NCBI GenBank assembly: GCA_900768815.1
Contig: CAAGEE010000009.1
Span: 12,930-76,929, forward strand
Reading direction: 5' to 3'
From: Bacilli bacterium
Lineage (GTDB): Bacteria; Bacillota_I; Bacilli_A; RF39; UBA660
DNA: 64,000 bases
The translations under genes were made by a program, and so were the position numbers. The notes beneath the pieces are model-generated. The model was given only the letters and a program-made list of their open reading frames with translations, made no database searches and was not told where the DNA came from. Shown one piece after another: positions 40,719 through 49,223 of the stretch (position 1 is the first letter of the stretch; the number at the start of each line of letters is the position of its first letter).

Positions 40719-41652
40719 TATAAGTATAATTGTTCCTATTTATAATGCTGAAAAGTATTTAAATAAGTGTCTTGATTCTCTAATAAATCAAACAAAGAAA
40801 GAATTGGAGTTTGTCTTAATAAATGATGGCTCAACTGATAAAACTGATTCAATTATTAAAAATTATAATGACAAGAGAATTAAGTATTTTAAGAATAAAA
40901 ATCAAGGAATTGGTAAAACTAGAAATTTTGGTATTTCTAAATCATCTGGTAAATATATAATGTTTTTAGATAGTGATGACTATTTAAAGAAAGAAGCTTG
41001 TGAAATTCTTTATAAAAAAGCTATTACTACTAATTCTGACTTAGTTATTTGTGATTTCTACAAAATATATGATTCTGGTAAAGTAGAAGATATAAATTTA
41101 CCATCGTTTAAAGAAACAACTTTAAAGAAAAGACCAACTCTTATTAATGAAGTTAATCTAGCTCCTTGGAACAAAATATATAAAAGAGAATTAATTACTA
41201 AAAACAACTTAAAATTTGTAGAAAACTTAAAATATGAAGATGCACCATTTGTTATAGATGCTTTTGTAAATGCAAAAAAAATAGCCAAGGTAGATGAAAA
41301 ACTAAATTATTATGTAATACATGGAAATAGTGAAACAACTGTAAGAGATAAAAGATGTTTTGACATCTTAAAAATAATTGACCTAATAAGAAAAAATACC
41401 AAAGATAAAAAGTATCTTCAAGAAGAAGTAAATAAATTAACTGTAAGAATAATTACTAATTATACAATTCAACAAAGAAATCAAAAAGAAAAAAAAGTAG
41501 GTATGGAATTTATAGACACAGCTTTTTCTTATTTAAAAAAAGAAGTCCCAGATTACAAAAAAAATAAATATTTTAAAAATAGAAGCCTTATAAAAAGAAC
41601 AATTGAAAAGAATAGATTATTAACAAAAATATATTGTAAAATATATAAATAA
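40711..41652 (+). CDS. glycosyltransferase family 2
   Basis: ISIIVPIYNAEKYLNKCLDSLINQT…INDGSTDKT…LDSDD (GT-A DXD). Confidence 0.85.
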   Translation: MPDISIIVPIYNAEKYLNKCLDSLINQTKKELEFVLINDGSTDKTDSIIKNYNDKRIKYFKNKNQGIGKTRNFGISKSSGKYIMFLDSDDYLKKEACEILYKKAITTNSDLVICDFYKIYDSGKVEDINLPSFKETTLKKRPTLINEVNLAPWNKIYKRELITKNNLKFVENLKYEDAPFVIDAFVNAKKIAKVDEKLNYYVIHGNSETTVRDKRCFDILKIIDLIRKNTKDKKYLQEEVNKLTVRIITNYTIQQRNQKEKKVGMEFIDTAFSYLKKEVPDYKKNKYFKNRSLIKRTIEKNRLLTKIYCKIYK

Positions 41653-41737
41653 AAATAATTTTTATATGTGGTGAATGGAAATTCAGAAGTGAAAAAGAAT
41701 ATAATAGTTTTTTTTAAGAAAGTATGACATATTAACA

Positions 41738-41866
41738 ATGACAGGTACTATGATTGCTTTCTTAGGAATAGTTTGTGCCTTTAAAGCACATTTTACCATA
41801 GCAGCTTTTTGTCTTCTATTATGTGGTATATGTGATTCTTTTGATGGAACATCAGCAAGAAAATAA
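41738..41866 (+). pseudogene. N-terminal stub (44 aa) of a CDP-alcohol phosphatidyltransferase, truncated just after the D-x2-D-G-x2-A-R motif
   Basis: It translates to MTGTMIAFLGIVCAFKAHFTIAAFCLLLCGICDSFDGTSARK, then TAA AAA TAA. Confidence 0.5.
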
Positions 41867-41872
41867 AAATAA

Positions 41873-42280
41873 AAGAAAATTCTTAAAAGTAAATTTGTTA
41901 AATATGTTATAATAGCATCTCTAACAACACTAATAAATGTTTTAGTGTACCTAGGAAGTTATCACATAATCATTAAAAACATTATCATTAGTAACGTAAT
42001 TGCTTATGCCTCATCCATCTCTTTATCATTTATTTTAAATAAAAAAGTAGTATATAAATGTAAGAGAAAAAAATATAAAAAGCAAATACCTTTATTTTTA
42101 GGAAGTAAAGTATTATCATTTTTTATTGATTCACTGGTATTATTGTGTCTAGTAAATATTTTAATTTAGCTTCAATATTGGAAAAGTTAATTGCTAATGC
42201 GTCAACCACGCTTTCAAATTATTTTATATGTGACAAAATTATCTTCAAAGAAGAAAAGACTATTTTATCAAACTAAAAAT
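41873..42280 (+). pseudogene. GtrA-family (polysaccharide-synthesis flippase-like) gene remnant with no start codon and a frameshift/stop near 42167
   Basis: In frame with the stub above: KKILKSKFVKYVIIASLTTLINVLVYLGSYHIII…VNILI, then a stop. The GtrA C-terminus …IANASTTLSNYFICDKIIF… continues in another frame. Confidence 0.5.
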
Positions 42281-42399
42281 AGTCTTTTAATATTAGTAAA
42301 ATACTGTATGCTTGTTTGACTATTGTCTTTTTCTTATGCTATAATTGAAAGTAGCTAGTAACATGAAAATATCTTTACTAGTAAAGGAGTCTAGAAGAA

Positions 42400-43212
42400 A
42401 TGAATACATTAAAAAATATATGGGCCAATTTTAAAAAATATCAATTTCTAATGAGTCAACTTATTTCAAGAGATTTTAAAGTGAAATATAAACGCTCTGT
42501 CTTAGGAATTGTTTGGAGTTTACTATATCCAATACTAATGATGACAGTAATGGCTTTAGTATTCTCACAAATGTTTAAATTCAAAGTAGAGGGTATAAAT
42601 TATTTAGTATATTTAATGATTGGTATCGTTATGTTTAACTATTTTAGTGAAGCAACAAATACGGCAATGACTTCCATAGTGTCTAATTTTTCGCTAATAA
42701 ACAAAGTCTATATACCTAAGTATATTTTTCCAATTTCAAAATGTATATTTGTGGGAATTAATTTTGTTTTAACATTGATACCCTTATTTTTACTAATAAT
42801 AATTACACAGTTTGGTTTGGGACAGTATCCAGCAAGTATAAATTGGTATTATATCTTATTACCATACATTTTTGCATGCCTATTTTTATTCTCAGCTGGA
42901 ATTGGTTTATTACTATCATGTATCTCTGTATTCTTAAGAGATATAATCTACATCTATGGAATAATCATAACAATTTGGAACTACTTTACTCCTGTATTCT
43001 ATAGTCTTGAAATATTACCAACTCACTTACAAACAATATTTAAATTTAATCCATTATATCAATTTATAAATAGTGCCCGAGAAATAGTTCTATATGGCCA
43101 TTGTCCAAGTATTGCGACACTAATAATCATTGGCTTAATCGGTATAGGTACTTTGTTGCTTGGCAGTGTTATCTTTAAAAAGAATCAAGACAAATTTATA
43201 TATTATATTTAA
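42400..43212 (+). CDS. ABC-2 type polysaccharide/teichoic-acid exporter permease (Wzm/TagG-like)
   Basis: 6-TM ABC-2 permease: …FKVKYKRSVLGIVWSLLYPIL…. Confidence 0.85.
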   Translation: MNTLKNIWANFKKYQFLMSQLISRDFKVKYKRSVLGIVWSLLYPILMMTVMALVFSQMFKFKVEGINYLVYLMIGIVMFNYFSEATNTAMTSIVSNFSLINKVYIPKYIFPISKCIFVGINFVLTLIPLFLLIIITQFGLGQYPASINWYYILLPYIFACLFLFSAGIGLLLSCISVFLRDIIYIYGIIITIWNYFTPVFYSLEILPTHLQTIFKFNPLYQFINSAREIVLYGHCPSIATLIIIGLIGIGTLLLGSVIFKKNQDKFIYYI

Positions 43213-43229
43213 TGAAGGTGGGATAGATA

Positions 43230-43967
43230 ATGATAAAAGTAGAACATGTATCCATGAAGTTTAACCTTGGTATCGAAAAAAATTATTCAATGAAAGAAGC
43301 TTTCATTGCTATGTTTGATAAGAGAAGAAGACAAAAGCCAACAGAGTTTTGGGCTTTAGATGATTTAACGTTCAATGTAAAAAAAGGTGAGGTTGTAGGC
43401 CTGATTGGTAGTAATGGTGCTGGTAAATCAACATTATTAAAAGTTGTATCTGGCGTAATGAAGCCAACTAAAGGAAAAATTGAAGTAAGCGGAGTAATCT
43501 CACCAATGATTGAATTAGGAGCTGGTTTCGATCTTGAGTTAACCGCAAGAGAAAATATATATTTAAATGGTGCCATTTTAGGATATTCAAAAGAATTCCT
43601 AGAGGAAAAGTTTGATGACATCGTAAAATTTTCTGAATTAGAAGATTTCCTAGATGTTCCTGTAAAAAACTTTTCTTCAGGAATGACAGCCAAACTGGCA
43701 TTTTCAATTGCAACAGTAGTAAATCCTGAGGTTCTAATAGTTGATGAAATACTATCAGTAGGAGACATTAAGTTTCAAGAAAAAAGTAAAGGTAAAATGT
43801 TAGAAATGATAAAAGGTGGAACTACTGTATTATATGTATCACATTCTCTAGAATCAATAAAAGATTTATGTGATAGAGTTATCTGGATTGAACATGGAAA
43901 ATTAATAAAAATGGGTAATGCTAAAGAAGTATGTGATGAATACTATAAAAAACAAATGGGTAAATAA
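43230..43967 (+). CDS. ABC exporter ATP-binding protein (Wzt/TagH-like, short form without a C-terminal carbohydrate-binding domain)
   Basis: Walker A GSNGAGKST, signature SSGMTAKLAFS, Walker B LIVDE. Confidence 0.9.
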   Translation: MIKVEHVSMKFNLGIEKNYSMKEAFIAMFDKRRRQKPTEFWALDDLTFNVKKGEVVGLIGSNGAGKSTLLKVVSGVMKPTKGKIEVSGVISPMIELGAGFDLELTARENIYLNGAILGYSKEFLEEKFDDIVKFSELEDFLDVPVKNFSSGMTAKLAFSIATVVNPEVLIVDEILSVGDIKFQEKSKGKMLEMIKGGTTVLYVSHSLESIKDLCDRVIWIEHGKLIKMGNAKEVCDEYYKKQMGK

Positions 43968-43981
43968 AGGAGATAAGAAAT

Positions 43982-44992
43982 ATGAGTATATTTAAAGACA
44001 AGGTATTATTAATTACCGGTGGAACTGGATCATTTGGAAATGCAGTTTTAAAAAGATTTATTGACACAGATATTAAGGAAATAAGAATTTTCTCTAGAGA
44101 TGAGAAAAAACAAGAAGATATGCGTATAGCCTATAAAAATGATAAGATAAAATTTTATATAGGTGATGTTAGAAATTATAGAAGCATTGAAGATGCTATG
44201 GATGGAGTTGACTATGTTTTTCACGCTGCAGCTTTAAAACAAGTTCCATCATGCGAATTTTTCCCAATTGAAGCAGTAGAAACAAATGTCTTAGGAGCTA
44301 ATAACGTTATAGAAGCAGCTATCAATCACAACGTTAAAAAAGTAATTGTACTAAGTACTGATAAAGCAGCTTATCCAATTAATGCAATGGGAATGAGTAA
44401 AGCCTTAATGGAAAAGGTTGCAATTGCTAAAGGAAGAAATTTAGAAAAGGGTAAAACCGTAATTTGCCGTACTAGATATGGTAACGTTATGGCAAGTAGA
44501 GGAAGTGTTATTCCATTATTCTGTCAACAAATTGCAGAAGGAAAGTCAATAACAGTAACAAATCCAGAAATGACAAGATTCATGATGACTTTAGAGGATG
44601 CTGTTGATTTAGTAATCTATGCCTTCGAACATGGTGAACAAGGAGACTTATTTGTACAAAAAGCTCCAGCAGCAACTATTGAAGTATTGGCAGATGCTAT
44701 TAAAGAGTTAAAACATAGTGATGTAAAAACAAACATAATCGGTACAAGACATGGTGAAAAGCTATATGAAGTATTAGTAACAAAAGAAGAAATGGTAAAT
44801 GCTGAAGATTTAGGTGGATATTATAGAATACCAGCCGATAATAGAAATTTGAACTATCAAAAATATGAAAATGTTGGAAATAAAGATTTAGAAACTATTA
44901 AAGAATATAATTCCCATAATACAAAAAGACTTGATGTTGAAGGAATGAAAGAATTACTATTAAAATTAGATTTATTTAAAGAGGATAAATAA
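43982..44992 (+). CDS. UDP-N-acetylglucosamine 4,6-dehydratase/5-epimerase (CapE/FnlA/WbjB/WbvB-like)
   Basis: KVLLITGGTGSFGNAVLKRFIDTDIKEIRIFSRDEKKQ is near-identical in pattern to Cap5E/FnlA N-termini, with a short-chain dehydrogenase (SDR) fold. Confidence 0.85.
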   Translation: MSIFKDKVLLITGGTGSFGNAVLKRFIDTDIKEIRIFSRDEKKQEDMRIAYKNDKIKFYIGDVRNYRSIEDAMDGVDYVFHAAALKQVPSCEFFPIEAVETNVLGANNVIEAAINHNVKKVIVLSTDKAAYPINAMGMSKALMEKVAIAKGRNLEKGKTVICRTRYGNVMASRGSVIPLFCQQIAEGKSITVTNPEMTRFMMTLEDAVDLVIYAFEHGEQGDLFVQKAPAATIEVLADAIKELKHSDVKTNIIGTRHGEKLYEVLVTKEEMVNAEDLGGYYRIPADNRNLNYQKYENVGNKDLETIKEYNSHNTKRLDVEGMKELLLKLDLFKEDK

Positions 44993-44993
44993 A

Positions 44994-45836
44994 ATGAAAA
45001 AAGTATTAGTAATAGGTTCTACTGGTATGTTAGGACACGTTGTAAAAAAATATCTAATTGATAAGAAATATGATGTTTATGAAACAACAAGAAACCAAAC
45101 TAATAAATATTATTTTGATGCTCTAGAGAATATTAAAAAAATAGAAGAGATTATAGATAGTATTAAACCAGATTTTGTTGTAAACTGTATTGGCATTTTA
45201 AATAAAAAGGCCGAGGATTATCCAAGCCAAGCCATTTTAGTAAATAGTTATTTTCCACATTACTTAGATGAAATGTCTGAAAAGTATAATTATAAACTTA
45301 TTCATATAAGTACAGATTGTGTATTTGATGGTCATGAAGGAAATTATAAAGAAGATAGTCCCAAAACAGCTACTACTATATACGGTACTAGTAAAGCTTT
45401 AGGTGAAATAAACAACAATCGTTCCCTAACATTAAGAACCTCAATTATTGGACCAGATACTAATCCTAATGGAATAGGTTTATTCGAATGGTTTATGAAA
45501 CAAAAAGATGAAGTACACGGTTTTAGAAAAGCCTTTTGGTCAGGAGTAACAACTATTGAACTAGCAAAGCAAATAGAGATAGCTATGAATTCTAATTTGA
45601 CTGGTTTATATCATATTACAAATGGTCAAAAGATAAGTAAATATGACTTATTAACAATCATAAAAGATGTTTTTAATAAAGATATTAAAATAATTCCTGA
45701 TGATAATTATGCTTGTGATAAAAGTCTAGTGGTAACAAGAGAAGACTATAAGTTTAATATACCAAGTTATCATCAAATGATTGTAGAAATGAAAGAATGG
45801 ATAGAGAACAATAAAGATATATACGGAGGATTTTAG
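44994..45836 (+). CDS. NAD(P)-dependent sugar-nucleotide 4-reductase, RmlD-like (WbvR/FnlB role)
   Basis: VLVIGSTGMLGHVV Rossmann motif; 280 aa (RmlD size). Positioned between the dehydratase and the 2-epimerase. Confidence 0.7.
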   Translation: MKKVLVIGSTGMLGHVVKKYLIDKKYDVYETTRNQTNKYYFDALENIKKIEEIIDSIKPDFVVNCIGILNKKAEDYPSQAILVNSYFPHYLDEMSEKYNYKLIHISTDCVFDGHEGNYKEDSPKTATTIYGTSKALGEINNNRSLTLRTSIIGPDTNPNGIGLFEWFMKQKDEVHGFRKAFWSGVTTIELAKQIEIAMNSNLTGLYHITNGQKISKYDLLTIIKDVFNKDIKIIPDDNYACDKSLVVTREDYKFNIPSYHQMIVEMKEWIENNKDIYGGF

Positions 45837-45837
45837 T

Positions 45838-46947
45838 ATGAGAGTAATGACAATAGTTGGCACTAGACCAGAAATAATCAAATTGGCCTGTGTTATTAAA
45901 GAATTAGATAAATACACAGATCATATTCTTGTTCATACTGGGCAAAATTACGATTATGAATTAAATCAAGTGTTCTTTGAAGATCTAGATTTAAGAGAGC
46001 CTGATGTTTATATGAATGCTGCTGGTGAAAATGCTGCTGAAACAATTGCAAATGTAATTGCTAAGTCAGATAAATTATTTAAAGAATATAAGCCAGATGC
46101 TGTATTACTATATGGTGATACAAATTCATGCTTAGCAGTAATATCTGCTAAGAGAAATAAAATTCCTGTATTCCATATGGAAGCTGGAAACAGATGCTTT
46201 GATGAAAGAGTACCAGAAGAACTAAATAGAAAAGTACTTGATCATTTAAGTGATATAAATATGACTTTAACAGAGCATGCAAGAAGATACTTAATTGCTG
46301 AAGGTATTAGACCAGAAACTATTATAAAAACAGGTTCAAGTATGCAAGAAGTATTTGCTATGAATAAAGACAAAATTGCTCAAAGTGACGTTTTGGAAAG
46401 ACTAGGACTAAAAGAAAAAGAATACTTTGTTCTAAGTGCTCATAGAGAAGAAAATGTTGATAATGAAAAGAATTTTATTAATTTATTAAACTCTATAAAT
46501 AAAGTGGCTGAAGTATATAAAATACCAATAGTTTTTAGTGCTCATCCTAGAACAAGAAAAAAGATTGAAACAATGAACTTCAAATTTAACGATTTAGTAA
46601 AATACATGAAACCATTAGGCTTTAACGACTACAATAAGCTACAACAAAATGCTTTTTGTGTAATTTCTGACAGTGGAACTATAACTGAGGAATCTTCATT
46701 ATTAGGATTCCCAGCTATCACAATACGTCAAGCTCATGAACGTCCTGAAGGAATGGACGAAGGAACTCTAATAATGTCTGGAGTAGAAGAACAAGGAATT
46801 TTAGATGCAATAAAAGTCGTTACTGACCAAAATGTTAAGATGAATCCAGTAGCGGATTATCAGGCCCCACATTTAGCAAGTAAAGTTGTGAGAATTATTT
46901 TAAGCTACACAGATTATATTAACAGAACAGTTTGGAAAAGATACTAA
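45838..46947 (+). CDS. non-hydrolysing UDP-GlcNAc-type 2-epimerase (WecB/FnlC/Cap5G/WbvD-like)
   Basis: N-terminal MRVMTIVGTRPEIIKLACVI…HTGQNYD… is typical of WecB-family epimerases. Confidence 0.85.
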   Translation: MRVMTIVGTRPEIIKLACVIKELDKYTDHILVHTGQNYDYELNQVFFEDLDLREPDVYMNAAGENAAETIANVIAKSDKLFKEYKPDAVLLYGDTNSCLAVISAKRNKIPVFHMEAGNRCFDERVPEELNRKVLDHLSDINMTLTEHARRYLIAEGIRPETIIKTGSSMQEVFAMNKDKIAQSDVLERLGLKEKEYFVLSAHREENVDNEKNFINLLNSINKVAEVYKIPIVFSAHPRTRKKIETMNFKFNDLVKYMKPLGFNDYNKLQQNAFCVISDSGTITEESSLLGFPAITIRQAHERPEGMDEGTLIMSGVEEQGILDAIKVVTDQNVKMNPVADYQAPHLASKVVRIILSYTDYINRTVWKRY

Positions 46948-46977
46948 ATAAACAATAAACTATAGGGTGGTGTTAGT

Positions 46978-48552
46978 ATGAATAGGATAAAGATTTTAGA
47001 AGTTAACAATATAGATTTAGCGGGTAGAAGATTTAATGGCTATAACATGCTTAATGAACTATCAAATAAAGATTTTGATATTAAACAAGCCGTTATAATT
47101 AAACAATCAGATAATGACAATGTTATAAAAATATTAAATAATGAACGATTACTAAGTCAGTATTATCATTTGTTTGAAATAGAGGAAGCCTTGTCAATTC
47201 ATAATATCTTTTCCATTACAGCACCAGCCTTATATGATATGGAAGAATATAAAGAGGCCGATATTGTGCATCTTCATATGTTTCATAATACAAAATTATC
47301 ATTATATGATTTAAAGAAGATAGCCAAGGAGAAAAGGGTCGTTTTATCCTTACATGATCCTTGGTTTTTTACAGGACGTTGCGTTCATTTTTATGAATGT
47401 GAATCATGGAAAAAAGGATGCAAAAATTGTCAAAACCTAAATACTTTATTCCCACTAAAGAAAGATAATTGTAACGCCTTATGGAATTTAAAAAAATATG
47501 TTTTTAATAATAGTGACATAAATATAATAGTTTCAAGTCCATGGATGAAAAATCTAGTAGAAGAAAGTCCTATAACCAAGCATCAAAAAAATGTAAGTTT
47601 AATACCATTTGGAATTGATTGGAAAAAGTTTAGTGGTGTAACTAGAAAAGAGGCAAGAACTCATTATAATTTTAATGAAGATGATGTTGTCTTATTTTTA
47701 AGAGCACAAGATGAGTTTAAAGGTACAAACTATGTACTAGAAGCTTTAAAAAATTTAAATACGAAGAAGAATATAGTAGTATTAACCTGTTCTAGTAAGG
47801 GAAAATTAGATGAAGTAAAAAATAAATACAAAGTTATTGATTTAGGTGAAATAAAAGATGCTGAAATGCTTATGGCAATGAATGCCTGTGATATATTTTT
47901 AATGCCTTCAATTGGCGAAAGCTTTGGAATGATGGCAATAGAAGCAATGTCTTGCAAAAAGCCAGTAATAGTATTTAATAATACTGCACTTCCTTCTGTA
48001 ACACATGCTCCAGACTGTGGCTATCTTGTAAAAAATAAAGACGCCAAAGATTTGGAAAAAGCCATAAAATATTTAGTAGAACATGAAGAAGAAAGAAAAC
48101 GAAGAGGTAAACTAGGTTTAGAAATAGTTAAGAAAGAATATGACTTAAATACCTATAATAAAAAGTTAAGCACATTATATAAAGAAGTTAACAAAAGTAA
48201 AAAAACAGATTCCAATTTAAAAGAAATGGCTAGTAAACAAGATATCAAAAATATCAATAAAATAAAATGTCTGCTAAATTATGTAACTGAGAAAACATTC
48301 TATGGCAATAAAAAAATAGGAAAAAACTTACTATATAAAGTTGATGAAAAATATGATGTTCTAAATGAAAAAATTACTTTTGATAATATTGATGCAGAAA
48401 ACTTAATAGAAGATTATAATAAAAAAGTGTATGAATTGTTAAAGAATAATCAAATAAATACAAACTCAAAGTTTAAAAAAGGGTTATACTTGCTTAAAAG
48501 AAATCCAAAGGAATTAATGAAAATAATTTATAAAAAAATTTTTAGAGAGTAA
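46978..48552 (+). CDS. glycosyltransferase family 4 (GT-B) with a ~140-aa C-terminal extension
   Basis: E-x7-E region …GESFGMMAIEAMSCKKPVIV…. Confidence 0.7.
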   Translation: MNRIKILEVNNIDLAGRRFNGYNMLNELSNKDFDIKQAVIIKQSDNDNVIKILNNERLLSQYYHLFEIEEALSIHNIFSITAPALYDMEEYKEADIVHLHMFHNTKLSLYDLKKIAKEKRVVLSLHDPWFFTGRCVHFYECESWKKGCKNCQNLNTLFPLKKDNCNALWNLKKYVFNNSDINIIVSSPWMKNLVEESPITKHQKNVSLIPFGIDWKKFSGVTRKEARTHYNFNEDDVVLFLRAQDEFKGTNYVLEALKNLNTKKNIVVLTCSSKGKLDEVKNKYKVIDLGEIKDAEMLMAMNACDIFLMPSIGESFGMMAIEAMSCKKPVIVFNNTALPSVTHAPDCGYLVKNKDAKDLEKAIKYLVEHEEERKRRGKLGLEIVKKEYDLNTYNKKLSTLYKEVNKSKKTDSNLKEMASKQDIKNINKIKCLLNYVTEKTFYGNKKIGKNLLYKVDEKYDVLNEKITFDNIDAENLIEDYNKKVYELLKNNQINTNSKFKKGLYLLKRNPKELMKIIYKKIFRE

Positions 48553-48560
48553 GGTATAAT

Positions 48561-49124
48561 ATGAAAAAAATAACTGAAAATTGTAGTGTATGTACAGCCT
48601 GTGTTTCTAAATGTCCTAAAAGTGCTATAAGTATTAGCAAAAAAATATATAATGAAATAAAAGTAAATAATCAATGTATAGATTGTAATATTTGTAAGGA
48701 TAATTGTCCTGGAAACAAAGAGAAAAAGAAAAATAGCCCAATCTTTAAAGTGGCTAGAATAAAAAGTCCTGTCAACATAAATAAAAGTACTTCAGGCGGC
48801 TTATTTGGTGAAATAGCTAGATACGTTTTAAAACACTCTGGTGTAGTTTATGGTGCTGCCTTCTCCGACAACTTCCATAGTGTAAAACATATAAGAAGTA
48901 CTAATAGCGTTGATTTAAATAAAATTTTAAAAAGTAAATATGTACGTAGTAACATAAATAATAGTTATTTATTAGCTGAAAAAGATCTAAAAAAAGGAAA
49001 AATAGTATTGTTTTCAGGTACTCCATGTCAAATAGCAGGTTTAAAATGCTTTCTTAAAAAAGATTATTCAAATCTAATAACTATTGATATTATTTGTCAT
49101 GGAACTCCTTCTGAAAAAATTTAG
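48561..49124 (+). CDS. 4Fe-4S ferredoxin plus F420-hydrogenase-beta(FrhB)-like N-terminal part; ends at an in-frame TAG and continues as the next ORF
   Basis: 2x CxxCxxC-type motifs (CSVCTACVSKCP; CIDCNICKDNCP), then …GTPCQIAG…ICHGTPSEKI, then TAG. Confidence 0.6.
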   Translation: MKKITENCSVCTACVSKCPKSAISISKKIYNEIKVNNQCIDCNICKDNCPGNKEKKKNSPIFKVARIKSPVNINKSTSGGLFGEIARYVLKHSGVVYGAAFSDNFHSVKHIRSTNSVDLNKILKSKYVRSNINNSYLLAEKDLKKGKIVLFSGTPCQIAGLKCFLKKDYSNLITIDIICHGTPSEKI

Positions 49125-49223
49125 TCTAAGTATTTAACTTCCCTAGAAACAAAATTTCAATCCAAAGCAAAATATGTTGATTTTAGATATCTTAATGAAA
49201 AAGAACCAGCAAAAATTTTTCTT

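Noticed and set aside
49122-49124. TAG recoding (pyrrolysine or alternative code) as the explanation for the in-frame amber
   Set aside because: TAG clearly functions as a stop elsewhere in the window (for example 37009-37011, directly followed by a terminator). No pyl genes are in view. A nonsense mutation or sequencing error is more parsimonious.
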